This document shows positions 1 through 9,726 of a DNA stretch of 64,000 nt, piece after piece. Every line of letters begins with the position of its first letter. Position 1 is the stretch's first letter. Below the pieces are notes generated by a model. That model worked only from the letters and a program-made list of their open reading frames with translations. It did not search any database and was not told where the DNA came from. The position numbers were made by a program, and so were the translations under genes. Source of the stretch: Nitrospirota bacterium (lineage in GTDB: Bacteria; Nitrospirota; Thermodesulfovibrionia; Thermodesulfovibrionales; Dissulfurispiraceae); the NCBI GenBank assembly GCA_963710375.1, contig CAVPZX010000002.1:544001-608000 (forward strand), read 5' to 3'.

Positions 1-173
1 AGATGCTTATTAAGATCGCCGATTTCTATGACGATGAAGTGGATACTGCCGTCACAAACCTTACCACCATGCTCGAGCCGATGCTGATGATTTTTTTAGG
101 CGTTACCATAGGCTACATTGTTGTGTCACTTTACTTGCCCATATTCAAGATGGGCGAGGCGATAGGACAGTAA
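1..173 (+). CDS. pilC: Type IV pilus platform protein PilC (T2SS F family), 3' fragment
   Basis: Manual translation ...MLIKIADFYDDEVDTAVTNLTTMLEPMLMIFLGVTIGYIVVSLYLPIFKMGEAIGQ* matches the PilC C-terminus; next to pilRS/pilA. Confidence 0.92.
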   Translation, partial: MLIKIADFYDDEVDTAVTNLTTMLEPMLMIFLGVTIGYIVVSLYLPIFKMGEAIGQ

Positions 174-176
174 GAA

Positions 177-278
177 GCGAATAGTGAAACGTGAATAGTG
201 AATGGTAAAGAGTTAAGAAGTGAAAATCAATATACTTGCTTCCAGTCTTTCTTCACCATTCACTTTTCACTATTCACG
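177..278. repeat. Inverted 7-mer tandem repeat hairpin (GTGAAWA/GTGAATG units vs TTCAC units)
   Basis: gcgaatagtgaaacgtgaatagtgaatggt ... ttcaccattcacttttcactattcacg between convergent pilC and pilR. Confidence 0.85.
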
Positions 279-1623
279 TTCCTTTATCCTTCTTATGTTT
301 AGACAGCCGGTAGCGGAATTCTCTGAAAGACAGTCCGAGTAGTTGAGCTGCTTTTGTCTTCACCCCTCCGGCCTTTTCAAGCGCCTTCTCAAGAAAACTC
401 CTTTCCAAAGCACCTAAATATTCATTGATGTTTACTCCGGTATCCGGCAGGTGAGCTACTGAACTGCCCTGGCCCGAAGGTTCCTTGCAGGAAGTACATT
501 TAAGGTAACCATCTTCCGAAAGAATAATTTCCCTTTCAATCATGTTCTTTAGTTCCCTAACATTGCCCCTCAGTTCGTGCTGCAAAACATAATCCACAAA
601 TGCGGGATCAATTTTAAGAATTGTTTTTTGAAACTTTTGGGACAGTCCCCTTGCAAAGTGATCAATGAGGAGAGGAATATCTTCCCTGCGTTCTCTCAGA
701 GAAGGCAATCGGATCTCAAATGTCGAGAGCCGGTAATAAAGGTCCTCCCTGAACTCGTTCTTTTCCGAGAGCTCAGTCAGGTTCTTATTGGTCGCGACAA
801 TTATTCGCACATCCACCTCTATTTCATTGCCGCTGCCGAGCGGCCGCATTTTTTTGTCTTCAAGAAACCGGAGCAATTTTGACTGCAACGGCAACGGCAT
901 CTCTCCGATTTCGTCAAGCAGGAGCGTACCGCCGTCTGCCTCAGCGATGAGCCCTCTCTTGGATTCATAGGCTCCGGTGAAGGCCCCTTTTTTATACCCG
1001 AACAGTTCGCTTTCGAGAAGTTCTGAAGGCAGGCTTGCGCAGTTAATAGCAATAAACGGCTTATCGTTCCTTTTACTCCTGTTGTGAATCGCCTTTGCAA
1101 CAAGCTCCTTGCCTGTGCCGCTTTCACCTGTTATAAGAACATTTGTGTCAAAAGGCGCTATTTTGTCTATTAAGGAAAAGACGGTTTGCATTGCTACAGA
1201 TTTGCCTACAATGCTTTGGTAAACATCAGCATATTGCTGAAGCTCTTTTACCTTTGTCTGCAAAAATATTTTTTCTTTTATGTTTTTTAAAGCAATGCGA
1301 ATCTCATCGATATTAAATGGTTTGGTGACATAATCATAGGCCCCAAGCTTCATGGCGCTTATTGCTGTTTCCGTTGATGCAAATGCCGTTATTATAAGGA
1401 CAACGGTATCAGGGCTGATATCCTTCAGTTCCTTGAGAAGGTCGATGCCTGATCCGTCGCCAAGCCGGAGATCAATAATTGCCAGATCAAAATAGTGCTG
1501 TGCAATCAGCGGCCCTGCTTCAGCGAAACATGACCCCTGATATGTTTCAAAACCGGTTTCGTCCAGAAGGAGTTTTAACGCCTTTCTGATATTCGCTTCA
1601 TCATCGACTATAAGTGCGCGCAT
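274..1623 (-). CDS. pilR: Sigma-54-dependent response regulator PilR (REC-AAA+-HTH)
   Basis: REC domain, GESGTGKE Walker A, GAFTGA, C-terminal SFREFRYRLSK HTH typical of PilR; context. Confidence 0.9.
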   Translation of the reverse strand: MRALIVDDEANIRKALKLLLDETGFETYQGSCFAEAGPLIAQHYFDLAIIDLRLGDGSGIDLLKELKDISPDTVVLIITAFASTETAISAMKLGAYDYVTKPFNIDEIRIALKNIKEKIFLQTKVKELQQYADVYQSIVGKSVAMQTVFSLIDKIAPFDTNVLITGESGTGKELVAKAIHNRSKRNDKPFIAINCASLPSELLESELFGYKKGAFTGAYESKRGLIAEADGGTLLLDEIGEMPLPLQSKLLRFLEDKKMRPLGSGNEIEVDVRIIVATNKNLTELSEKNEFREDLYYRLSTFEIRLPSLRERREDIPLLIDHFARGLSQKFQKTILKIDPAFVDYVLQHELRGNVRELKNMIEREIILSEDGYLKCTSCKEPSGQGSSVAHLPDTGVNINEYLGALERSFLEKALEKAGGVKTKAAQLLGLSFREFRYRLSKHKKDKGT

Positions 1624-1644
1624 GTTAGTATCTCCTTAGAAAAT

Positions 1645-1732
1645 TGAAGGTGAGCAGATGGGAAGTTGAGAAGTTGAGTAAAGAAATCTTGACAAGTTCA
1701 CACCCTCTCACCTTCTCAACTTCTCAACTTCT
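1645..1732. repeat. Inverted 8-mer tandem repeat hairpin (GAAGTTGA / TCAACTTC)
   Basis: ggaagttgagaagttgag ... ctcaccttctcaacttctcaacttct; right arm overlaps the last codons of pilS. Confidence 0.8.
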
Positions 1733-2871
1733 GTAGTTGTTGGAAAGCTGATCGAAAATCGTGCTCCGCCTAGTGGAGAAGAACCGGCCAAAACTGTTCC
1801 GCCAAAGTTCGTTATTATTCTATAGGCTATTGCGAGTCCCAGACCTGTGCCGTTTGTTTTTGTCGTAAAAAAAGGTTCGAAAATCTTGTCCTGCGCCTCA
1901 TCACTAATGCCGGGGCCGTCATCTTCTATCTCTATACTTGTCTCCTTCCGGTTCTTTCTGAGTACCACCTTAACGGTGCTCCGTGCTGCCTCGACCGCGT
2001 TCTTAATAATATTATTCAGGGCTATTTCGATAAAGGTCCTGTTGGCCATAATTATCGTATCCGCTACAGAAGTTAAAATTATTTTTTTGTCGTTCCTCTT
2101 GTCTTCAACCAGCATCTTAAGCATTGCAGAAAGGTCAACGTCTTCCTTTAAGGCATCTGCCGGCCTCGAAAATAAGAGGAAATCATTAACCAGACTGGTT
2201 AGGCGTTTTGTCTCGGTCATGAGTATATCGACAAACTCTCTGTCAGTCCTTCCCTCATTCAGGAATTGAACTGCAGCCGATATTGAGGCCAAAGGATTCC
2301 TCAGTTCGTGCGCAAGATCTGCGCTTACTCTGTAAAGCCGTTCTAACCCCTGGATTTTTATCCTTTCTTCTTCAAGCCGCCTGATGTAATGTTCCTGCTG
2401 TTCCATCCTTGTTTTCAGGTTATCGCCTGCAAGAGCTATAAGAGAAAAGGCAAAAAGGTGCAGTGAAACATTAAGTATCCCCTCCCTTTCAAATAGAATG
2501 CCATAACTGTAATACACCGTCCCATAAAGAATTGCAGCAATTATTGGAAACAGAAAGATTTTTTTTGTTTTTATCAGAACGGAGGAGAAAAATATCGGGA
2601 ATAGATAAATAAAGGTCAGATATGAATAAATGCCAAAACTTATATATGCTATTGCCGATATAAAGACTATATCAAGCAAAAAGTCGAAATAATTTATTTT
2701 TTCAGTGGCGACGACAAGCCTCAGGAGAACAATAAATATATAAATGACCAAAATGTTTCTAAGACTCGGATTAGCATAAGGCAGGCCAGCTATCTGAAAA
2801 CCTATCAGCAGCGCCAGTGCAAAAATAAAACGCCCGATGCGGTAATAATTGAAAAAAGATGAGGCATACAT
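1708..2871 (-). CDS. pilS: Membrane sensor histidine kinase PilS
   Basis: About 6 N-terminal TM helices, AHELRNPL H-box, DDGPGI and GTGLGL boxes; directly upstream of pilR. Confidence 0.85.
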   Translation of the reverse strand: MYASSFFNYYRIGRFIFALALLIGFQIAGLPYANPSLRNILVIYIFIVLLRLVVATEKINYFDFLLDIVFISAIAYISFGIYSYLTFIYLFPIFFSSVLIKTKKIFLFPIIAAILYGTVYYSYGILFEREGILNVSLHLFAFSLIALAGDNLKTRMEQQEHYIRRLEEERIKIQGLERLYRVSADLAHELRNPLASISAAVQFLNEGRTDREFVDILMTETKRLTSLVNDFLLFSRPADALKEDVDLSAMLKMLVEDKRNDKKIILTSVADTIIMANRTFIEIALNNIIKNAVEAARSTVKVVLRKNRKETSIEIEDDGPGISDEAQDKIFEPFFTTKTNGTGLGLAIAYRIITNFGGTVLAGSSPLGGARFSISFPTTTEVEKLRR

Positions 2872-2893
2872 TTGATAATTAGTGTAGGGCTGG

Positions 2894-2932
2894 TGACATT
2901 TTTTGTCAATGCCAGAGTGACAACAATTGTCA
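2894..2932. promoter_or_regulatory. Two TGACA-N5-TGTCA palindromes, probable PilR upstream activator sites
   Basis: tgacattttttgtca (2894-2908) and tgacaacaattgtca (2918-2932), about 70-110 bp upstream of the sigma-54 site. Confidence 0.65.
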
Positions 2933-3003
2933 CTAAATTCCTCGCCATTACTCGCATCTCAATAAAATAATTAAAAAACAAGCTGTAACGGTAGAACCAT
3001 CAA

Positions 3004-3019
3004 TGGCATGAAAGATGCT
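3004..3019 (+). promoter_or_regulatory. Sigma-54 (-24/-12) promoter of pilA
   Basis: TGGCATGAAAGATGCT fits TGGCAC-N5-TTGC with GG-N10-GC spacing. Confidence 0.8.
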
Positions 3020-3114
3020 TTACTATGATAGCTTGATAACATCTGACAGTGTCAGTATAATGAGTACACATGACATCCGCCGTTGGCGGGCAAGCTTACA
3101 TAAGGAGGTAATAT

Positions 3115-3546
3115 ATGTCTAAGGTTATTCAGAAAATGAGAACAATCGACGAAAGGGGCTTTACCCTTGTCGAACTGCTCATAGTTATCGCGATCATAGC
3201 TATTCTCGCAGCTATCGCTATCCCTCAGTTCTCAAGCTACCAACAGAGAGGCATCAGGGCCAGCATGCAGTCTGATGCGAGAAATACTGCAACCGTGGAG
3301 GAAGCATATTTTGGAGATAACCAGAGCTATACGGCGATTGGGCCTATGGCCGGGGCATCCCCGGGCGTGTCCTTCGTGATCGGTTCACAGACAGCAAGGA
3401 TGACTGCCCATAACGGCATTCAGGTGCAACAAATGAATAACGGCGGCAACAGCGGATACAACATTCAGGTTTTTAATCCCAATGGAGGATCAGGCTCCAA
3501 CACCTTCTACCAGGATAATACGGGAGTTATGAGCTGGGCTCCTTAA
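3115..3546 (+). CDS. pilA: Type IVa major pilin (128 aa mature)
   Basis: G|FTLVELLIVIAIIAILAAIAIPQF prepilin motif with E5; AAGGAGG RBS; Geobacter-like N-terminal helix. Confidence 0.95.
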   Translation: MSKVIQKMRTIDERGFTLVELLIVIAIIAILAAIAIPQFSSYQQRGIRASMQSDARNTATVEEAYFGDNQSYTAIGPMAGASPGVSFVIGSQTARMTAHNGIQVQQMNNGGNSGYNIQVFNPNGGSGSNTFYQDNTGVMSWAP

Positions 3547-3572
3547 GTTCCTCTGACACTGCAAATACATCT

Positions 3573-5567
3573 GTGCTTAAAGTGGGCGCAAACAGCGCCC
3601 ACTTTAAGTCTCTCTCGAAATCAAAGAATCTCACGTTGCAGCTCTCTACAATCTTTTTATCCACCTTTGCAATCTTCTTATTTTTTCTAACACCCAATGT
3701 GAATACCGGAGACGCTGGGGACCTTATCACTTCCTCTTATTATCTCGGCCTGGCCCACCCTTCCGGTTATCCATTATACCTGCTTGTTGCCAAAACAGTT
3801 ACTCTCTTGCCGTTCGGCAATATAGCCTTTAAAGTTGCCCTTGTATCAGCCTTGTTCAGTTCTCTTTCCCTGACATTATTGTACTGGCTGATATCCTGGC
3901 TGACCTGCAGCCGCGTTGCCGGGTTATTTGCAGCAGCATTGCTACTCGTATCTTATTCTTTTTTTACCCAGTCATTAGTAGCTAAATTTTATTCTCTCAA
4001 TCTGTTTCTGATCTTATCCATATGCGCTGTCTGGCTGTTGCGGATGCGTGATACAGACTTATTCGATGACGAACAAGGTCTTTACGTAACAGCCTTTATT
4101 TTCGGGCTGAGCACAGCCAATCACCACACCGGAATATTGTTGTTGGCTCCTGTGGCGATTGCCCTGTTTACAAGAAAATCAACTTTTAAATTAAAAACAA
4201 TAATAATTGCGATTTCGCTGTTGTTTGCAGGATTTATTATTAATGCATATCTTTTTCTGAGAGGCGGTGAAGACAGATTTTTCACTATTTCATATGTGCG
4301 GGACCTGAGCGATTTTTACGGTGTATTTTTCAGGCAGGTTTATGGAGGCAGCGGCACGCTTACTGCTGCGGCGTCCGCTTTTCAGAATGTTTCCCTATTT
4401 TGGAACGCTATTAAGAATTTCATCTTTGTTTTAACCGCAAATTTCAGTCTGCTTTCATTTCCTCTTTTTTTCGCGGGCATTTATCGACTTCTGAAAAGAG
4501 AGCTTAAGATATTGTTTTTCATGATGTCAGGCCTGCTTGTTTATGGTCCTTTACTAGCAAAGCTCACACTGAGCGAAAAAAATGTATCTGAAAGAGATTA
4601 TTATATTATTGCGCATCAGTATTTTATACCCGCACTTGTTTTTTACGTTTTTTTCGTGGCCATCGGTTTTTATCAAACTGCCGAATGGCTCAAAAAACTG
4701 CCGTTGAAACTTCTTCCAAAAGCCTTACCTGTCATTTTCGCCTTTTTCCCTTTAGTCTTCCTCGTTTCAAGGGCAACCGACAGCGATTATAGAACCAATT
4801 ATGTTCCATACCAATTTACAAAAGACATGTATTCCGTTTTACCCGTAGACAGCGTCTTTTTGACCTTTGGAGACGATCAGGTATTTCAGAGTTTTTACCT
4901 AAAAGAGATCGGCAGGTATCGTGACGATGCATGTCAGCTTGCCGCTGCTGTCAAAAGAGACACCGTATGGAAATTTCAGGGGTGCAACAGAAAAATTTAT
5001 GCCGGCATTTTTCCGGCTGTCTTTACGAAGAATGTAAGAAAGATGGTGCCCCTTATGCTGAAAAACAGATTTTATTCTCCGGATTCGATAACAAAAGACT
5101 TCACCTACAGTAATTATCTATACAGCAGACCGGCATCTTTAATTTATGAATATCTGCCCAAAAAACCTTACGTCGAGAATCAGGAACTTAATGATAGCAG
5201 CATCGATCGGCACATAACCGGTCAAATGAAAAATTCCGCGGACTTAATTAACTATAGCGTTTGCCTGGAGCACTATACCGACGATTACATTACAAGGGCC
5301 AACCAATGTATGAGGTATTTTACTTACTTATTGGAATTTGCAAAGGTATACTCGGGCAAGGAATATGGCAAAACAGGGGAGCGGCTAAAACTCAAATACC
5401 ACATTATTGAGGACCATAAAGACAAAGAGATACGTTCTTATGATATAGCTGTAACAGAAAGAAACCAGCCATATTTAACTGATGCCCTGGATATTAATAA
5501 GCACAATGACTGGAAACTATTCTACATCAGGAGACAGGAACTGGAAGACAACAGATCAGTATTTTAA
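3573..5567 (+). CDS. DUF2723 / TMEM260-like GT-C membrane glycosyltransferase (start uncertain)
   Basis: N-terminal GDAGDL...LGLAHPSGYPLY motif, many TM helices, soluble C-terminal domain. Confidence 0.85.
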   Translation: MLKVGANSAHFKSLSKSKNLTLQLSTIFLSTFAIFLFFLTPNVNTGDAGDLITSSYYLGLAHPSGYPLYLLVAKTVTLLPFGNIAFKVALVSALFSSLSLTLLYWLISWLTCSRVAGLFAAALLLVSYSFFTQSLVAKFYSLNLFLILSICAVWLLRMRDTDLFDDEQGLYVTAFIFGLSTANHHTGILLLAPVAIALFTRKSTFKLKTIIIAISLLFAGFIINAYLFLRGGEDRFFTISYVRDLSDFYGVFFRQVYGGSGTLTAAASAFQNVSLFWNAIKNFIFVLTANFSLLSFPLFFAGIYRLLKRELKILFFMMSGLLVYGPLLAKLTLSEKNVSERDYYIIAHQYFIPALVFYVFFVAIGFYQTAEWLKKLPLKLLPKALPVIFAFFPLVFLVSRATDSDYRTNYVPYQFTKDMYSVLPVDSVFLTFGDDQVFQSFYLKEIGRYRDDACQLAAAVKRDTVWKFQGCNRKIYAGIFPAVFTKNVRKMVPLMLKNRFYSPDSITKDFTYSNYLYSRPASLIYEYLPKKPYVENQELNDSSIDRHITGQMKNSADLINYSVCLEHYTDDYITRANQCMRYFTYLLEFAKVYSGKEYGKTGERLKLKYHIIEDHKDKEIRSYDIAVTERNQPYLTDALDINKHNDWKLFYIRRQELEDNRSVF

Positions 5568-5568
5568 A

Positions 5569-6177
5569 ATGAACCGAAACCGAATTATATCAGCCATGCT
5601 TATATCAGGCACAATAGTGCTCCTGATCATTTTGCGCCTCAGCCTCGACCAGTGGCAGGGGTACGGTAATGGTGTGGAGAGTTTGGGGAAAGAGGATTAT
5701 AAGAGCGCTGTCATGTATTTTGACAGGGTCCTCAATGCCCATATACCATTCAGCCCTCTCGAAAAAAAAGCAAAACTCCGTTTAACCGAGCTTGCATTAA
5801 AATTTGAGAAAGAAAAAAAATATGAACTGGCCCTGGTGTGTTATGAGACAATAAGGACATCAAGATATCTGACACGCCATGTTGCCATTCCTGACAGCAA
5901 GGATATTCCATTTTTGAATGACAGAATTGCTTCTATAAAGGCGCAGCTTCTTGTTAAAGATGGCATGGTTAAGGATTTCAAAGAGGGATACGACCAGCAG
6001 ATGGGTATAATGAACAAGGATTTTTCTCCGTCAGTTTTCTGGTCTGCAGTTGCAGTTGCCGCTTTCTGGGCTTATATTGGATTTATCGTACTTTGGATAT
6101 TCAAAAGAAAGAGGGCTTACATATACATATTCTGCCTGGCACTTATTGTATGGATAACCGGTTTATATTTTGCTTAG
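5569..6177 (+). CDS. Hypothetical membrane protein with a helical (TPR-like) extracytoplasmic region
   Basis: ATG just after the DUF2723 stop; N-terminal TM, two C-terminal TMs. Confidence 0.7.
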   Translation: MNRNRIISAMLISGTIVLLIILRLSLDQWQGYGNGVESLGKEDYKSAVMYFDRVLNAHIPFSPLEKKAKLRLTELALKFEKEKKYELALVCYETIRTSRYLTRHVAIPDSKDIPFLNDRIASIKAQLLVKDGMVKDFKEGYDQQMGIMNKDFSPSVFWSAVAVAAFWAYIGFIVLWIFKRKRAYIYIFCLALIVWITGLYFA

Positions 6178-6279
6178 AATAGACTCCTGGGCTTTTGAAA
6201 GAGGAGGGTCTGCTGGAATGAAAGATGTACTCCGGGACAAAAGCTATACCGGACCGTTACACTTCAGTGCGGCCAGCTC

Positions 6280-7341
6280 ATGAAGAGAGTTTTGATTCTA
6301 AACAGACGCTGCATAAAACATCCGGAAAGAGGGGGGGCGGAGGTCTATACATTTGAGTGTGCAAAGGCGTTGATAGAGCATGGGTACAATGTCGTGTGGT
6401 TTTCTTCGAGGTCCAGTGGACTAGCCGATAAAGAAGAATTAGAGGGGATAACTTTTGTCAGAAAAGGCAATGAACTTACAACACATTTCCATGGTTTTTT
6501 ATATGCCCTGAAAGAGAAAGATTGTTTTATCATAGACGCATTTAATGGCATTGGGTTCTTTACTTTTTTCATGAAAAACTCGATAATCCTGATCCACCAG
6601 ACTTATAATGAATTCTGGACATCTGAATTGGGGTTACTCGGTTATCCATTCAAGTACCTCGAAAAAATCCTGTTACATTTATATAGCGGCAGGCCGGCAA
6701 TCACTGTTTCAGATTCAACATGCCGGGATTTAAAGGAGATCGGATTCAAAAACATCGAAATTATACATAATGGCATTGATATTAAACCATTGGACCATAT
6801 ACCTGAGAAGGAAAGCGCCTTAACGCTGATTTACCTCGGAAGACTTAAGAAAACCAAAAATCCTGAAGATGCAATTAGAGCATTCCTCCGTATAAGAAAC
6901 ACGATTAAAGATGCAAAACTTTGGATCGCAGGAGACGGCCCCCTTTATGGATACCTGACAAAAAAGTATGGACAGTATAGTGATATACATTTTTGGGGAT
7001 TCGTGGAAGACCGGGTGAAGCATGACCTTTTACGGAGGGCCCATTTCCTCCTGGTTCCCAGCATACGCGAGGGATGGGGACTGGTGGTCATAGAGGCCAA
7101 TGCGGCAGGCACCCCTGCAATTGGATACAGGGTCAAAGGGCTCATTGACAGCATTCGGGATGGCCGGACAGGAATACTGGTTGATGACCCTGTCTCCATG
7201 GCGACTCAAGCCATAGTATACTGGCAGGATAAAAAAACGTATGACTCACTTTGCATACAGGCGCTTGAATGGGCAAAGGAGTTTTCCTGGACTAAAACAA
7301 GGAAGCAATTCATTCTCCGCCTTGAGCGAGGGTTATCATGA
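6280..7341 (+). CDS. Glycosyltransferase family 4
   Basis: GGAEVY N-terminal motif, PSIREGWGLVVIEA (EX7E) motif. Confidence 0.9.
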   Translation: MKRVLILNRRCIKHPERGGAEVYTFECAKALIEHGYNVVWFSSRSSGLADKEELEGITFVRKGNELTTHFHGFLYALKEKDCFIIDAFNGIGFFTFFMKNSIILIHQTYNEFWTSELGLLGYPFKYLEKILLHLYSGRPAITVSDSTCRDLKEIGFKNIEIIHNGIDIKPLDHIPEKESALTLIYLGRLKKTKNPEDAIRAFLRIRNTIKDAKLWIAGDGPLYGYLTKKYGQYSDIHFWGFVEDRVKHDLLRRAHFLLVPSIREGWGLVVIEANAAGTPAIGYRVKGLIDSIRDGRTGILVDDPVSMATQAIVYWQDKKTYDSLCIQALEWAKEFSWTKTRKQFILRLERGLS

Positions 7342-8054
7342 AGGCGCTTGTTGTCATACCAACTTACAATGAAGCAAGCACCATTGAAAAAGTCCTGACA
7401 ATGACTCTTAATGCCATGAACTGCCACATTCTTGTTGTGGACGACAATTCATCGGACATGACAAGAGATATTGTCAGACGCTTTTTTGATACTGGGGAAG
7501 TCTCTATGCTGGAACGCCACTCAAAACTGGGGCTCGGCACAGCCTATGTGGAAGGTTTCCAATGGGGTCTTCAAAACGGGCATGATCTTTTTTTTGAGAT
7601 GGATGCTGACAATTCTCACAATCCCGACTCCCTTCCTTCCTTTGTCGAAAAGATAAGAGAAGGATACGACATTGTTGTCGGCTCACGGTATCTCAATCAT
7701 ACTATCAGTGTTGTCGGTTGGGATTTTCGCAGGCTGCTGATCTCCAAGTTCGGAAACTGGTATGCATCCACTCTGCTGGGGTTGAAACAATTTACCGATT
7801 TGACTAGCGGGTACAGGTGTTATACGAGTACGGCACTGAAGACCATCGGTCTTGAAACGATACGATCAAACGGTTACGCATTCCAGATCGAAATGGTATA
7901 TCGCGGCTATAATAAGGGGCTAAGAGTGGCAGAGATACCTATAATATTCTATGAGCGTGGAGGCGGGGGATCGAAAATGAACCGGAAGATCGTACGGGAG
8001 GCAGTGATGTTGCCCTTTAAACTCAGACTAGATGCTATCAGGCATCATTTATAG
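7338..8054 (+). CDS. Polyprenol-phosphate mannose synthase (Dpm1/Ppm1-like GT2)
   Basis: IPTYNE, VDDNS, GLGTAY, MDADNSH, DLTSGYR and GYAFQIE motifs. Confidence 0.9.
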   Translation: MKALVVIPTYNEASTIEKVLTMTLNAMNCHILVVDDNSSDMTRDIVRRFFDTGEVSMLERHSKLGLGTAYVEGFQWGLQNGHDLFFEMDADNSHNPDSLPSFVEKIREGYDIVVGSRYLNHTISVVGWDFRRLLISKFGNWYASTLLGLKQFTDLTSGYRCYTSTALKTIGLETIRSNGYAFQIEMVYRGYNKGLRVAEIPIIFYERGGGGSKMNRKIVREAVMLPFKLRLDAIRHHL

Positions 8055-8100
8055 AGAGCCTTCTGCCAAAATTGCCGAAAACCATGGGAAACAGATAACA

Positions 8101-9663
8101 ATGTCCGATATTGTAAACTCATCTTTAAAAACAGCTGCAAAAGGCACTGTAGTTATCCTGTTCGGTACAGCGGCCAGCAACATCCTATGGTTTACCACAA
8201 AGTTATTGATAATCAGAAGTACGACAGTGGACCAATTGGGCATCTATTCTCTGGTGATCGCCATTATCGGCGTGAGCACGCTAATTGCCAGTCTCGGGAT
8301 CCATGAAGGCGCAACAAAATATATTTCCCAGTTCATCAGTGAGAACAAATTATTCGATGCCGAATCCATACGGAAAACATCTGTTCAAATAGGCATACTA
8401 TCCGGTATAACAGTCTGTACACTGCTTATTCTGCTGGCCGCTCCCATATCCAGATTCGTTTTTTGCAAGCCTGCCCTTTCAAGCCCCTTAAAGGTCGCAG
8501 CTCTTTTCATACCCTTTAATGTCATAACTATCATTATCATCTGGATTCTTAGAGGATATGGATTAATCAGGGCTAAGGTATATTATATTGACATAGGGAT
8601 ACCGCTGGTTTTTCTTTTTTTCCTCTCTATTTTCCTTTACTTCGAACTTCCATTTATCAGTATTCTTTATGCTTATGTCCTGTCTTCAATCATTGTACTA
8701 TGTTCGACCGGCTACTATGGATACAGGGCAATTGGATTAAACCCGCTTTCATTAGGTGGGGGATCACACTACTCTTCACTCTTGAAATTCTCCGGCTCTG
8801 CTTTTCTCCTCAGCTTGATGCAGACTATCTTCTGTTGGACAGACACGCTTATGTTGGGAAGATATGCCGGCCCCGCAGAAGTAGGGATATACAATATTAG
8901 TGTCGTGCTTGCCACCATGCTGACGTTTCCTTTTATAGCGCTTGGATTCGTGTTCATGCCTATCGCCGGAGAAATGTTTGTAAAAAGACAGCTGCCCGAG
9001 CTTAAAAGGACATACCAGGTGCTTACAAAGTGGATATTTACAGCAAGTCTTCCACTTTTTTTCATACTCTTCTTCTTTCCCGAAATGACTATAACATTTC
9101 TTTTTGGAAACCGATTTCTTGATTCTGCACTGCCCCTTCGCATTCTATCCCTGGGTTTTTTGCTTCAGACTCTTATGGGAACAAGTGTCGTCCTTATGAT
9201 GGTTGCAGGCCTTTCTCAGGAAATCAGGAATATTTCAATATTTGGAACTCTTCTGAATCTTGCGCTGAACTATATGCTTATCAAACGCCTCAATTTAGGT
9301 CTTGTGGGAGCGTCGGCAGCGACCATGCTTTCCTATGTCACAATCAGCACCATCAATTTAATCATCCTTCATAAGAGATATGGAATCGAACCTTTTACAT
9401 TCAGGTATATAAGACCTGTTTTCGGCTCAATGTTTGTCGGAGTGATTATATACATTATTGCAAAGGCGCTCCCCCTCTACTTATGGATGCTTCCCCTATA
9501 TTTAATTTTATTTATGACCGGCTATCTTCTCTCATTAATATTGCTGAAAGGCCTTGACAGCGACGATATCTCTATTTTTGAACTAATTTCTGAAAAAACT
9601 GGTTTGAAAATGCAAGGCCTGAGAAGCTTTCTTCATTTGCTGACAGTCAAAAGGACACTTTGA
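8101..9663 (+). CDS. Wzx/MOP-family oligosaccharide flippase
   Basis: About 14 TM helices, WTDTLMLG...VGIYN motif; ATG at 8101 preferred over the overlapping upstream start. Confidence 0.85.
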   Translation: MSDIVNSSLKTAAKGTVVILFGTAASNILWFTTKLLIIRSTTVDQLGIYSLVIAIIGVSTLIASLGIHEGATKYISQFISENKLFDAESIRKTSVQIGILSGITVCTLLILLAAPISRFVFCKPALSSPLKVAALFIPFNVITIIIIWILRGYGLIRAKVYYIDIGIPLVFLFFLSIFLYFELPFISILYAYVLSSIIVLCSTGYYGYRAIGLNPLSLGGGSHYSSLLKFSGSAFLLSLMQTIFCWTDTLMLGRYAGPAEVGIYNISVVLATMLTFPFIALGFVFMPIAGEMFVKRQLPELKRTYQVLTKWIFTASLPLFFILFFFPEMTITFLFGNRFLDSALPLRILSLGFLLQTLMGTSVVLMMVAGLSQEIRNISIFGTLLNLALNYMLIKRLNLGLVGASAATMLSYVTISTINLIILHKRYGIEPFTFRYIRPVFGSMFVGVIIYIIAKALPLYLWMLPLYLILFMTGYLLSLILLKGLDSDDISIFELISEKTGLKMQGLRSFLHLLTVKRTL

Positions 9664-9726
9664 TATACTATTCATATAAAATTCAAAACAATTTGCAAAC
9701 CTGAAGATGCAGTATAATGATTCGAC

